Positions 13,490 through 27,228 of a stretch of DNA of 64,000 nucleotides are shown piece after piece (position 1 is the stretch's first letter; every line of letters starts with the position of its first letter). The notes under the pieces were generated by a model. The model searched no databases, was not told where the DNA came from, and worked only from the letters and a program-made list of their open reading frames with translations. The DNA comes from Eledone cirrhosa. Its lineage: Eukaryota. The stretch is from assembly GCA_964016885.1 (NCBI GenBank), contig OZ024742.1, positions 45,198,001 through 45,262,000 of the forward strand, written 5' to 3'. Made by a program: the position numbers and the translations under genes.

Positions 13490-14385
13490 ACCTCAGGAAT
13501 GGGGAATATCAGGAATACCCAAGAAAGGTGACCTTACCATCTGCACCAACTATAGAGGCATCAGTCTTATGCAAATTGCAGCAAAGACTTACAATAGGTT
13601 GATTCTGAATAGAATCAGACTATGCATCAACTACATTCTATGTTCCAACTAAAATGTATTTAAACCATCTACTACCTTACATATTTTGGCTCTAAGAAGG
13701 ATTGTTGAGGAGGTACAGAATCACAAGGAGGCAGCAATTGTATCCATAGACTTCAAGAATGCTTTTGATTCAAATAACGAAAAGAAGATGCTCATAATTC
13801 TTGAATCAGATTGTGAATGCAATTAAAGTCATGTATGAGAATACTTTAGCACTTGAGATAACCTTAGAGGAAAACTCAGACCTATTCTCCGTTGATACTG
13901 GAGTCCTTCAGGGAGATCCTCTGGCCCCTTTCCTTTTTGTTATATGCCTTAATTACGCCATTACACTGTTAGACGGAATAATGCTGACAAGTCAACAGTA
14001 TACCTGACATCCAGAGGAAGTTCCACCTAAAATGGCTTACACAGATGACACAGCTCACCTGCAAAGAAGCTAAGGATGTGTTATACTGAATCACAGCTGC
14101 AATGCAGTTCATTGAACTCTTCTTGAATGTTGACAAAACAAAATTAATGCATCTCAATGCAACATCAAATAAATAAATGCATGCACTGGATGGCTCAAAG
14201 ATTGAGGAAGTGGGTGAATTCTTGTATCTTGGTAGTAAAGCATGATGTGGACACTAGTATAGGCATACCAGGGGGGGGGGGGGGGGGGCTCTTAACTCCC
14301 TATAAATGGTGTGGGTGTCTCTGATAAAGAAAACCACAAAACTGGGCTATTCAAAGCAATGGTTGAGTCCATTCTCCTCTATGGA
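13490..14385 (+). mobile_element. Degenerate RTE-type LINE RT fragment (older family), intronic
   Basis: IPKKGDL..CTNYRGISL, SIDFKNAFDS, GVLQGDPLAPFLF, with stops and frameshifts. Confidence 0.8.
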
Positions 14386-14399
14386 TATACATATATATA

Positions 14400-14728
14400 T
14401 CATCATCATCATCACCGTTTTACGTCCATTCTTCCATGCTAGCATGTGTTAGATAAGTTGTTCTGTTGTGGGCAGTGCCTGCTCGGCTGACCTTGACTTG
14501 CTCATACTGGAACTGATTCTGGCTTGAATTCTACAGCTGGATGCCCTTCTTAACACCAACCTCATTTACAGTGAGTGCTGAGAGCTTTTTTCCGTGGCGC
14601 CTACCGACCACTTTACAGTGTGGGCTGTGTGCTTTTTTACATGGCACCTCCACGACCACTTTGCAGTGGAAGGAGGTGGGGGCATATTGTCTATATGCTT
14701 CAACTTCGGCTTGTACCCGTGGGAAGTC
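14400..14728 (-). mobile_element. RTE family A-like 3' UTR fragment with (ATG)n tail
   Basis: Similar to the 3' UTR at 36712-37016. Confidence 0.75.
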
Positions 14729-15279
14729 ATATATATATATATATATACTAGCAAAGTAGCCTGTCATTGCTGGGCAATTTTCACCATAGAATGCCTTTCT
14801 TTCAGTTTATTTTTATTCCATGCCAGATCGTGTCTCCTTCATGCCACATCTTCCATTAATTATTCCCCATGGCCTGTCCCCATGAATTGTCAATCATCCC
14901 CAAGGTAGTTTCTATGGAAATTTACTCAGTGGAGCTGTATGTTGAAGTGGCATCAGTGGCTTGTTGTGTACTTTAGAGTGAGAGTCTTTATGTAAACATC
15001 AGTTCACTTCCGTTAAGACAACTCTCTGCCTCATAGCAAAAGCAATGCTCCCTGCTATGTGCTCAAATGAATAAATCCTTCGCTCGATATAATGTACACC
15101 ATTTGACCTTTGGTAAAGTCCATTTTGTTGTAAGTATTTGGGCTTCCAGGTTTATTTCATGCTTTTAGTCTTGGAGCTCCTGAAACGAGTGATGGGCACT
15201 GCCCTTCCTTATTAGAATATGTCTTTTGAAAATAGAAAAAAGAAAATGAAACTTATTAAGAAATAAGTTTCCCTTTTAC

Positions 15280-15423
15280 CTGACAAGAAAATCTGACTTT
15301 TGCACTGTCCTTAAAAATTCTCCATCGATTACTTGGTGGGTAATTAGTTGATAACAGGCACCATTGATCTGGGAAGTATTGACAGAAGAGACGATCGAAC
15401 TCCCCATGCCATACCATCTCCAT
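15280..15423 (-). CDS. 3CxxC zinc-finger gene, first identified coding exon: MEMVWHGEFDRLFCQYFPDQWCLLSTNYPPSNRWRIFKDSAKVRFSCQ
   Basis: Polypyrimidine acceptor ...tttttgag|tATG, donor CAG|gtaaaa; 144 nt; joins the next exon to form FSCQQC (first CxxC). Confidence 0.88.
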
Positions 15424-16940
15424 ACTCAAAAAGAAAAGAGAAGAAAAAGGTTTCCATATTTCTTCATTGTAGAATGAAGAGAAATGATATTTTTCAATGG
15501 AAAAAAAAACACCTAAGTTAAAAATAATAGCCAATAATATTTCTAGCTGTAAGGTATGTGTGTGGGGAGGAGGTAATGACATACATTCATACACACACAC
15601 ACAAACACACACATGTGTGTGTGTGTGTGTGTGTATACATGTGTGTATGTGTGTGTGTGTGTGTAGTGATTTCTTGGATTGCTTCAAGCTCAGGGTTAAA
15701 GCCTTTATATATTATGAAGATAAAATGTGATCCAGTGTTAATCACGCCTTTTTAAGGCTATTACCAAAATAATTGGCTTTGTGGTTAGTGAATTTGGCTC
15801 AAGATCGTAAGGTTGTGAGTTCGATTCCCATCTGTGCACTGTGTCCTTGAGCAAGACACTTTGTTTCACATTGCTCCAGTTCATTGAACTGGCAAAAATG
15901 AGTTGTACTTATAATTCAAAGGGCCAGCCTTGTTATACACTGCGTCACTCTGAATCTCCCTCCTACATTAAAAGTAGGCATGTCTGTGGAATGCTCAGTC
16001 ACTTGCACGTTAATTTCATGAGCAGGCTGTTCCATTGATCGGATTGATGGAGTGATTCCACCAAGGTAATTGGAATAAAATGGTTACAATCAGACGGGGG
16101 GGGGGGGGGGGGGTGACAAGATATAATTTCAGAAATCTATTTTAATATCATCAACTGTTTGTCTCTATTTTTAGATCTGGAAATTGAATGTCATCAAACA
16201 CAAAAGAGTCAAATTACTGTCCACCTGAAAGTAGTCTGGGTGGCAAAATATATTGAGGTATTTGAACACCATATCATATATATCTGGAAATCTGGTTCCT
16301 CCAGCCTCATGGCAACAGGCCATATCATATATACAGCAGTATACAAACATACAAGCAGTGTTACTAAATCTGCTTAATAAATGTGCCATCTTCATACAAG
16401 TGTGTCGATGGATTTATAGATTTGTATAAATGAAGCGGAACAGTGCTTAAACATACAGGCAGAAATACTTTTTGCAAAGATAAACTTTTCACAAATACTC
16501 ATATATAATGTAGTATATATTTTGGATATCAATGAGAAATGATTAAAAACTTTAACACCTGGTCAGTATTGAAAGGTAATCTGGACTAAAGTAACACAAC
16601 CCAGAAACTGTTGCTATCTGCTCCATTGAAGTGGAAAACACTCTGACCGTCTTACAAAAAGAAAATGTCTTCCAATGTTTCCAACACATTTCAGGGGTAG
16701 TTTGGGGTTGTTTAAATTAAAACAGCAATACAAACTAATAATTTCTAATACATCACCTCTGAATTGTCAACAAGAAATTATTATTTTTAAATACTTTCAA
16801 AGGATGAGTATTGACATGAACCCACATCTTTGGTTTGCCGGACCAATGTGTTACCATTACACCAACACACCACCCATGTTTCCTTCCATTCAATTAGAAG
16901 CTATATAACCATAGCAGGTATATATATATATATGTATATA

Positions 16941-17263
16941 AATAGGTAGACACAAAGCAGGCTTTGTTTAGAAATGGCTAGTGAATTTGAAAATTAGGTA
17001 ATGACATGTGCTTACACCTTATTTGACTAAATAGAATTAGTCTGTTAGTTGAGATTTTAAAAAGTCCTCTGAATGGAAAAAAAGGATGAGTATTGACGTA
17101 CATGGGACACAAACCCACATCTTTGGTGGTTTGCTGGACCAATGTGAAATCTCAACTAACAAACTAATTCTATTTAGTCAAATACGGCGTAAGCACATGT
17201 CAGTACCTAATTTTCAAATTTGCTAGCCATTTCTAAACAAAGTCTGCTTTGTGTCTCCCTATT
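16941..17263. repeat. Inverted repeat, ~117-bp arms, spacer holds a tRNA-like head fragment
   Basis: AATAGGTAGACACAAAGCAG...TTGAGATTT mirrored by AAATCTCAA...CTGCTTTGTGTCTCCCTATT. Confidence 0.9.
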
Positions 17264-18699
17264 ATATTAATTTAGATGAGTTGATAACACAACTATATAA
17301 AGGCAAAGAATAATTCAAAGCTCAAATGTGATTTTATAGTCCACACTAAGATAGGTAAAACATTGTTCAGAGTTTAATCCAATCAGTAAATTTCCAATCA
17401 CAATAGTTTTACAATCAGAACAGTAGAAATGTATTTTCTTTTTGTATTGATTGAAACATTTGTAAATCAATTAAATAATGTCATGTATTTTAATCCTGGT
17501 TATTTTTATTCATTATATATATATCATTGTTGTTGTTTTAATGACTGCTTTCCTTGCTAGCAAGGGTTGGACGGGTCTATATAGACAAAGTAAGTACTGA
17601 AACAGAGCCACTGATCTCCCAAGCAGCCAAGAATCTGTGTTTCACTTATGTATGGTCTCACATTCTATAGAGTTCTCAGGAGAGGTTGTCATCCCTTTGA
17701 CACAACTGAGGGTCCTCTCAACACTTTGTTTGGAAAGATTTCTATGGCTGGATGCCCTTCCTATCATCAACCACTGGGTGGATTTATCATGTAAATCAGT
17801 GACACTAGGAGGTTGTCAAGCCCTTCACACAGCTGGAGGGAGTCAATTCCCCACCCCCACAGTTCCTTTAACCTCCCTTTACTCTTGCTCTCACTCACAT
17901 ATATACACATAAACTCCAGCCACCACAAAATACACACCCACATTTACAACATCTGTATATATACCACTCACAAACATCTACTTCTGCACACACATAACTA
18001 TCAACCCTACACTTCGGATGCATGCACACATATGTGGATCTGCTCATACACACCACCGACACACATTTCTGTGCTCACATCCATGTGTGCTTATCTGTGT
18101 TTGCGTGGCACCCAGTGCCATGGCTGTGGCGTCGTCACTGTTGAATATTTCCTAACATTTACTCCATCCCCACCACCTCCCAGCTCTATCCCCCTCCATG
18201 CACATAATGACATAACAGCTTAGCCGTTTATGGTTGCACCACTGTATCATCATATGCGAAGCTATGCAGATTCTCTTACAACCATATCAGGTAACGAGTA
18301 TACAGGCTACTACCATTTTTACTACCTCCTCTTTTCAACACAACCCTTCTCTGCTGCTGCTGTGTGTGTGTTTGTGTACATATATGTCAGGTCACGTGCA
18401 CACGCTCACTCACACATCCTCACTCTCTCAGCAACCAGCTTGTCACGGTTCAAGTGACAAACATACGAACACACAAACACACGCACGCACACAATACATG
18501 CATGCATACTCACTATATATTAATTACCTCCCTTCCTAAACCTCTCTAGTGCAGAAAATACCTCTTGGTCAGCCACTCGCCAAGGTGGCCAACTGAATAC
18601 ATATGTTTTTTTTTCTTCCCATTTTTTTTTTTTACATTTCCCCCCATTCCGTTCTCTTATCACTCTTTACTATCTATTTATCTTCTATTTCTAACTCTA

Positions 18700-18734
18700 T
18701 CTTCTGATGAAGGACTAGTGTCCGAAACCTTAAG
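18700..18734 (+). ncRNA. Degenerate minimal type I hammerhead ribozyme motif
   Basis: tctt CTGATGA A GGAC-tagt-GTCC GAAAC cTT aag; stem III mismatched. Confidence 0.55.
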
Positions 18735-19112
18735 TCTCTCTTCCTGTTATTTCAAGCATTAAACTAATATATTTCTTCTATATAATGTGCTTTTTGTTTT
18801 GTTATTTCTGTTTACCTTTTATATATATATATTTTTTTTTTTAAACGATCGACTTTCGTCAAATCGGACCGAGGAAACAATGTTTCCATTGGTCTTTCCA
18901 GTTGCTAGTACTATCTATCAGTCACAACTCCAGGTAGAAGGAGCAACGTGAAATAAAGTATCTTGCTCAAGGACATAACGCATCGCGCAGTCCGGGAATC
19001 GAACTCACTATCTCACGATTGCGAATCCAATTCCCTAACCACTCAGCCACGTGCCTTCATATATATATATATGTATGTATGTATGTATGTATATAAATAT
19101 ATTATATATGTA

Positions 19113-20368
19113 TTGGGTTGGCAAGAAAGTAATTTCGTTTTTCGTAAATAGAGTTAGGATTTTTTTAATGACCTTTGTCAATGTTATGATTTTTTTCCTT
19201 TTGACATTTGATAGCCGTTACATTTAGCTTCCTTTAGAAGCAAATTACGCGCAATTTGCAACTTTAGAAGCAAATTGCGCGTAATTTTGTTTGCAGCTGT
19301 TAATTCAGTGTCAATTTTAACATGGAGTGCAAAAACAAACATTTTCGCCATATTTTGCTTTTTTATTTCCGTAAAGGCAAGAAAGCTGCTGAGGCTCATA
19401 AAGAGATATGTAAATTATATGGCGTTGATAGCTTAACATAAGGCACATGTCAGAAATGGTTTTAAAATTTCGTTTTGGAGATTTTTCACTCAAAGATGAC
19501 TAACGTTCTGGTTGACCTACTGAAGTTGATGATGACCGAATCAATAATTGAATCCGATTGTCATATAACTGTGCGAGAGATTGCAGAGAGGTTAAATGTA
19601 TCACACAAAACAATTGAAAATCACTTAAATTGTGTTGGACTCATTGAGAAGCTCGTTATTTAGGTTCCACATAAACTGAAAGAGATTCACTTAACACAAC
19701 GGATCAATATTTGCGATATGTATCAAACGCAATGAAATCAACGTTTTTTTTAAACGAATCATCACTGGTGATGAAAAATGGATTGTCTATATTAACATCA
19801 ATCGAAAACGATCATGGTCCAAGCATAATGAACCAGCACAAACTACACCAAAAGCTGAATTGCATAAAAAAAAAGGTCATGCTGTCAATTTGGTGGAATT
19901 ACAAAGGTGTTGTGTATTTTGAGCTGCTTCCAAGGAACCAAACGATCAATTCAGCTGTTTACTGTCAACAACTAATAAAACTAGAGGAAGCAATCAAAGA
20001 AAAACGGCCAGAATTGGCAAATCGTAAAGGAATTGTTTTTCACCGTGACAACGCTAGACCACACACGTCTTTGCAAACTCGTGAAAAATTATTGGAGCTT
20101 GGTCGGGAAGTGATGTCACATCCACCATATAGCCCTGACCTTGCACCATCAGATTACCATTTATTTAGAAGTTTGCAAAATTCTTTGAAAGGTAAAACTT
20201 TCAATAATGATGATGACCTGAAAGCCTATTTGCTTCAGGTTGATAAGGACCAGAAGTTCTATGAGCGCAGAATTATGAAGTTGCCAGAAAGATGCCAAAA
20301 AGTCATCGGAAATATATAATTGAAGTTCATATTTTGTATGAAAAAACCGAAATTTCTTTCTTGCCAAC

Positions 20369-20372
<4 letters not shown>
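19113..20372 (+). mobile_element. Full-length but inactivated mariner (D,D34D type), mellifera-subfamily-like
   Basis: TIRs TTGGGTTGGCAAGAAAG / CTTTCTTGCCAACTTAA, TA flanks; ATG at 19322 (MECKNKHFRHILLFYFRKGK); ITGDEKW, HRDNARPH, HPPYSPDLAPSDY; stops and frameshifts. Confidence 0.95.
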
Positions 20373-20462
<90 letters not shown>

Positions 20463-20522
20463 GTAATAATAATAAAATTGAAGACTAAAATCCAAAGAGG
20501 GCTCGATAAGGAAAATATATAT

Positions 20523-20568
20523 CAGAAGATCCCGTTAAGGGTGAAAGCAGCGATTCTTTGCTTAAACT
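20523..20568 (+). ncRNA. 5'-truncated hammerhead-like motif with CAGAAGA core (copy of 37654-37704)
   Basis: Identical to the 37.66-kb copy but the 5' strand of stem I is lost into (TA)n. Confidence 0.6.
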
Positions 20569-20616
20569 TTAATCTGTTATTTTAATAAAAAAAAATATAT
20601 ATATATATAGATATAT

Positions 20617-21950
20617 CATCATCATCATCGTTTAAAGTCCATCTTCCACGCTAGCATGGGTTTGGACGGGAATTTTCCCACTTGAGGTAAGATTGGTTGT
20701 CTTGCTCATATAGGACTGTCTGGCAGGTTTTCTACGGCTGGATGCCCTTCCTAACACCAACCACGTTTACTGGGAGGTTTTTACCGTGTTACCTACACGG
20801 CCACATTACAGCGTGGACTGTGTGTTTTTTTTGTCGTGACACCTACATGCCCTCATTTGTTTCGGACTGGATGCTGTGGTACCAACATAACTTCACATTG
20901 GAAGGGGTGGTGTGGATGGGGTGGGGGTAGTGGGGCCGGGATGTATTTTGTTAGAGGTGCCTACTGACTGTAGGTTTCACTTTGTACTTAGGCAAGGCGG
21001 GTCTTCTGTATAACTGTGTAGCGCCAAAGATCTCGGTCCAGTGACATTGACTTGGAGAGGTGTAAGTGTGTGAGGTCGGAATTTATCAAGTCATCCCAGG
21101 TTTTTCTGGGTCTGCCTACTCCGTGGCTACCGTCTATTTTTATCGCCCTGCACTTTTTTATACAGCTGTCGTCTTTCATGCGCATCACGTGACCGTACCA
21201 ACATAGTCTTCTCTCAAGTAAACAGCATCTAATCCCTCTTATTCCTAATTTCTCCCTTAGTTCGTTCATGCTTTGCCGTTCACGTATATTACTATTACAC
21301 ATCCAGCGGAGCATGCAAGCTTCGTTCCTCTCCAGTCTGCGTATATCCTCTGCACACAATGCCCAGGTTTCACTGCCATGCAACATTGCTGTTCGTATGC
21401 AGGCATCATACAGCCTGCCTTTCATTTTTAGTGAGAACCCTTTAGCGGCCAATAGTGGTATAAGCTCTCTGAACTTTTTCCATCCCGTTCTGACTCTAGC
21501 TACTGTACTTTCGGAGCACCCTCCACCACTGCTGATTTTGTCACCCAGCTAACGGAAGGTGTCTACTATTTCTATAGAACCATCTGTGCAATGGGCACTT
21601 GCTGCTACTTATTGCACCAGAGCACTGACCACATATAAAATCTATATTCTTAGTTAGCTTACCTGTGATCCCACTACATCTTTTATGCACCCATACTTTG
21701 CATTTGGGACATAAAATGGAGTTTCTGCCTACTCCTTTCCTAAACACTGAGCATGACCATTTCCCAGATGGGACTGGTGCCCTATTTTTCTTCCTACAAA
21801 CTAGAACTTTAATCTTAGACAGGTTAATTGTAAGGCCTTTTGATTCTAGGCCATGCTTCCATGTTTGGAATTTCTTCTCTAGTTCGGCCATTGATTCAGC
21901 TATGAGCGTTAGATCATCTGCGTATAGGAGATACCATGGGCAGCCGGTGT
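20617..21950 (-). mobile_element. RTE LINE family B, 5'-truncated
   Basis: YADD, PHD-like finger, LHGSETW, WYGHVMRM; 3' UTR and (ATG)n tail; bounded by (TA)n. Confidence 0.92.
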
Positions 21951-22345
21951 ATATGTATATATATATATAATCTCTTACAAACACAACTTTTCAGGGCGAA
22001 ACAGATTAATCTCTAATATGTCCGGGAGATAATAGTTATTGAAACGGCCAGTACATTTTAATTTATCTTGTATTTTCCGTTTGATTCAGAGTTTATATTC
22101 GTCAAACCAAGGTGGTATTACTACTCTTGTAATTCTAAACACACACACAATTTACTGTGTTTATTCCTTTATATCATCATCATCATCATTTTACGTCCGC
22201 TTTTTCCCTGCTTGCAAGGGTGGGACGGGAACTGATTCTGGCTTGATTTCTACAGTTGGATGCCCTTCCTAACACCAACCTCATTTACAGTGAGTGCTGA
22301 GTGCTTTTTTGCCGTGGCACCTCCACAGCTGAGTAAACTGGAGCA

Positions 22346-22418
<73 letters not shown>

Positions 22419-22554
22419 TATATATATATATTATATATATATATTATATATATATATATTATATATATATTATATATATATATATTATATATATTATATA
22501 TATATATATTATATATATATATATATTATATATATATATATATTATATATATAT

Positions 22555-24808
22555 ATCATCATCATCATCATCATCATCATCATCGTTTTACGTCCGGTCT
22601 TCCACGCTAGCATGGGTTAGACGGGTTGTCCTGTTGTGTGCAGTGTCTGGTCGGCTGACCATGCCTTGCTCATACAGGAACTGATCTGGCTTGATTTCTA
22701 CAGCTGGATGCCCTTCCTAACACCAACCTCATTTACAGTGAGTGCTGGGTGCTTTTTCGTGGCGCCTACACGTCCACTTTACAGTGTGGGCTGGGTGCTT
22801 TTTTGCCGTGGCACCTCCACGACCACCTTGCGGTGGAGGGTGTGGGGACATATTGTTTATATGCTTCAGCATGTACCCATGGGAGGTCGGGTACTCTGTA
22901 TTACTGTGTGACGCCAGAAGTCACGGTCGTGTGTCATTGTCTTTGAGAGGTGTAATTGGGTAAGGTCGGCTTTTATCACCTCATCCCAGGTCATCTTGGG
23001 TCTCCCCACTCCGCGGTTTCCATCAACTTCTAGTGCTCTGCACCTTTTTATGCAGCTGTCATCCTTCATACGCATCACATGTCCATACCAGCGCAACCGC
23101 CTCTCCTGCACACAGCATTTGATTCCTCTTATGCTCAGTCTCTCTCTCAATTCATTTATGCTTTGTCGTTCACGTATATTACTGTTACACATCCATCGGA
23201 GCATGCAGGCTTCGTTTCTCTCTAATCTACGTAAGTCTTCCACCTTCAGCGCCCAGATCTCACTACCATGCAACATCGCTGTTCGGATACACGCATCATA
23301 CAGTCTGCCTTTCATTCTGAGGGAGAAGCCTTTTGCAGCTAGCAGTGGTAGTAGTTCCCTAAACTTCTTCCATCCCGTTCTTACCCTAGTTATTGTACTT
23401 TCTGAACACCCACCTCCGTTGCTAATTCGGTCACCTAGGTAGCAGAAGCTGTCTACTGTTTCTACAGGGCCCTCCCAGAGATTGGTGGTACTTGTTTCCT
23501 GTGGCTGCTTGCTGTTTCAGCACAGCTGCTGCATGTGAAGCCTACATTCTTAATTAAGCTTCCTGAGATCCCGCTACATCTCTTGTGTACGCATTGTTTG
23601 CATTTGGGGCAGAGAATGGAGTTCCTACCTACACCTTTCCTACATACTGAGCAAGGCCATTTCCCTGAGGGGATCTGGGTTCTGTTTTCTCGTCTACTTA
23701 CAAGGACCTTAGTCTTTGTCATGTTGACTTTGAGACCCTTTCTCTCTAGTCCCTGCTTCCAGGTTTGGAATTTATTCTCTAGTTCTATCATAGATGAGTG
23801 CGAGGTCATCAGCATACAGGAGTTCCCATGGGCATCCGGTCTTAAACTCCTCCGTTATTGCCTGCAGGACTATGATGAACAGGAGAGGGCTAAGAACAGA
23901 GCCCTGGTGGACCCCAACCTGTACGCTAAATTCCTCGCTATACTCATTGCTAATCCTAACTTTGCTGACTGCTCCCCTATACATGGCTTGTACCGCTTTC
24001 ACAAGCCATTCATCTACTCCTAGTTTTCTAAGGGCCCACCAGATTACAGCACGTGGAACTCTGTCAAAGGCTTTCTCAAGGTCGACAAATGCCAAGTAGA
24101 GTGGCTTACTTTTAGCTAGGTACTTTTCCTGTAATTGCCTCACAAGGAAGAGGGCATCAGTGGTGCCTCTTCCTGGTACAAACCCAAATTGCATCTCGTC
24201 TATATTCACCCGGTCCCTAATCAGCTGTGCTATAACTCTTTCTGTTACTTTCATGACCTGGTCCATCAACTTTATACCTCTATAGTTTCCTCTATCTAGT
24301 GCGTCGCCTTTGCCTTTGTAGCAGTTGACAATGATGCTACTGCACCAATCTTTTGGTATGGCCCCTTCTAGTATTACCTGGTTAACGATACATGTGGTTA
24401 TAGTGTGACCTACAGACCCAGATGCCTTCAGCATCTCGGCAGTTATACCCGATGGACCGGTTGCCTTCACCATCTTCATATCTCTGATTGCCTTACTTAC
24501 TACGCTGCCGCTGACTTGTACTGCTGGTCCCTCTATAGGGTCTACTTGGGGTAGGGTCTCTTCTTCCCATGCATTCTCCTCATTTAGTAATCTATCATAA
24601 TGACTCTTCCATGTATCTTTCTTCTCAGCACTTGTGAGGGCAAGCTCACCTTTATCATTCCGGATACACTTCTCTCCAATGATATCACAACTATCTCTGA
24701 CACACTGCCTCGCAATCTTGAATACCTCCTGCTTCTGGTCCTCACGTTGTAAAACATGCTTGAATTTTCTATCCTCTGCTTCTCTCCTAGCTAAGTATAC
24801 TTGTCGCC
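22555..24808 (-). mobile_element. RTE LINE family A, 5'-truncated and frameshifted
   Basis: Near-identical to 34760-37016; small deletion after YADDLALI; (ATG)n tail; (TA)n on both sides. Confidence 0.95.
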
Positions 24809-25577
24809 TATATTATATATATATATATATTATATATATATATTATATATATATATATATTATATATATATATTATATATATATTATATATAGATATATT
24901 ATATATATTATATATATATATATATATTATATATATCTTATATATATATATATTATATATATATATATATTATATATATATAATATATATATTATATATA
25001 TATATATTATATATATATATATATATTATATATATATATATTATATATATTATATATATATATATTATATATATATATATATTATATATATATATATATT
25101 ATATATATATTATATATATATATTATATATATATTATATATATATATATTATATATATATATTGTATATATATATATTATATACATATTATATACATATA
25201 TATTATATATATATATATTATATATATATTATATATATTATATATATATTATATATATTATATATATATATATTATATATATATATATTATATATATATA
25301 TATTATATATATATTATACATATATTATATACATTATATATATATATATATTATATATATATATATTATATATATAATATATATATAATATATATATAAT
25401 ATATATAATATATATATAATATATATATAATATATATATAATATATATATATATAATATATATATATATATATTATATATATATTATATATATTATATAT
25501 ATATATTATATATATAATATATATATATATATATTATATATATATATTATATATATATTATATATATTATATATATA

Positions 25578-25620
<43 letters not shown>

Positions 25621-25683
25621 ATACATATTATATATATATATATTATATATATATATATATTATATATATATATATATATATTA
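24809..25683. repeat. Long (TA)n/(TAA) microsatellite
   Basis: Direct; similar tracts at 22350-22555, 29770-30168, 37017-37370 and 37725-38585. Confidence 0.97.
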
Positions 25684-26170
25684 TCATCATCATCATCATC
25701 ATCAACGTTTAACGTCCTTGTTCCACGCTTGCATGGGTTTGGACGGGGGTAGTCCCACTTGAGGCAAGAGTGATTGTCTTGCTCGCATAGGACTGTCTGG
25801 CAGGTTTTCTACAGTTGGATGCCCTTCCTAACACCAATCACATTTACAGTGTGGGTCTGGGAGGTTTTTACCGTGTTGCCTACACGGCCACATTACAGCG
25901 TGGACTGTGTGTTTTTTTGTCGTGACACCTACACGATCTCATTTGTTTCGGCCTCGATGGCGCGGCACCAACATAACTTTACATAGAACGGGGTGGTGTG
26001 GATGGGGTGGGGGTGGTGGTGGTGGTGGGACGGGGTGTATTTTGTTAGAGATGCCTACTGGCTGGAGTAGGTTTTACTATATATTTAGGTAAGGCGGGTC
26101 TTCTCTGTTACTGAGTACCGCCAAAGGTCTCGGTCCAGTGACATTGTCTTGGAGAGGTGTAAGTGTGTGT
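25684..26170 (-). mobile_element. RTE family B 3' end fragment
   Basis: HLSKTMSLDRDLWRY plus family B 3' UTR and (ATG)n. Confidence 0.9.
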
Positions 26171-26182
26171 ATATATTATATA

Positions 26183-26260
<78 letters not shown>

Positions 26261-26340
26261 TATTCCGGGTTGAATCGGAGGTAACCACACTAAGTAAGGT
26301 ACTCAATACATAGCAGAGTATAAAAGTTTTAATATAGATG

Positions 26341-26391
26341 AGATTCTACAGGACTAGAACTGTTTCATTCTTTAGAAATCATCAGGAATCT
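26341..26391 (-). ncRNA. Intact type I hammerhead ribozyme motif in a Penelope pLTR-like fragment (~26257-26630)
   Basis: AGATTC CTGATGA T TTC-taaa-GAA T GAA ACAG-ttctagtc-CTGT A GAATCT: 6-bp stem I, full core, GUA cleavage triplet. Confidence 0.85.
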
Positions 26392-26855
26392 GGGTATCAA
26401 AAAAATAAATATGGTATTTATAGGTTTCTTCCTACTTGGTAGGAGAGAGTAGAGTTCATTGGTTGATAGAAAAGGGAATTCATTAAAAGCTAATTCTTTA
26501 AAGCTATAATTTATATTTAGAGTAGCAAAGGCAGAGAGAATTCTATAAACAATTTCAGAATAGGGTGCCACTCCTTATTTTTAAGTTTCTCTTATATTTC
26601 AGGTGTCTATAAGATCGTTGGGGGTTTATGTATATATTATATACATATTATATATATTGTCCCAAAAGTAGAAACAATTATATATATATTATATGTATAT
26701 ATATATATATATAATATAATATATATATTATATATATAATATATATATATATACATATACACCCAACGATCTTATAGACACCTGAAATATAAGAGAAATT
26801 ATATTATATATATATATTATATATATTATATATATATATATTATATATCATCATA

Positions 26856-27166
26856 ATTTTACGTCCACTTTTCCCTGCTTGCAACCTCATTTACAGTGAG
26901 TGCTGGGTGCTTTGTATCTGTGGTGCCTACTCATCCACTTTACAGTGAGTGCTGGGTGCTTTTTGATGTGGCACCTCCATGACCACTTTGCAGTGGAATG
27001 ATACGAACCCCAGTCCCTATCATCTCATTTCTACAGCTGAGTAAACTGGAGCAATGTGAAATAGAGTGTCTTGCTCAAGGAAACAACACATCACCCGGTC
27101 TGAGAATTGAACTCACAACGTTTTGATTGCAAGGCCAATGCTCTAACCACTAAGCCATGTGCCTCC
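26856..27166 (-). mobile_element. tRNA-derived SINE family 1 (RTE-type tail)
   Basis: Head GGAGGCACATGGCTTAGTGG...GAGTTCAATTC, TCCTTGAGCAAGACAC core, tail GGACGTAAAA. Confidence 0.9.
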
Positions 27167-27228
27167 ATATATATATATTATATATATATATATATTATAT
27201 ATATTATATATAATATATATATATATAT

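Noticed and set aside
14748-14790. Possible isolated Helitron 3' end (minus strand ...CCCAGCAATGACAGGCTACTTTGCTAG|T)
   Set aside because: Degenerate hairpin and no matching 5' end or coding remnant found
16171-16395. Possible upstream coding exon of the 3CxxC gene
   Set aside because: Donor phase in this ORF does not match the acceptor before the ATG and there is no homology evidence; could still be UTR
24634-25377. Ile/Tyr-rich ORFs here and elsewhere
   Set aside because: (TA)n microsatellite translations
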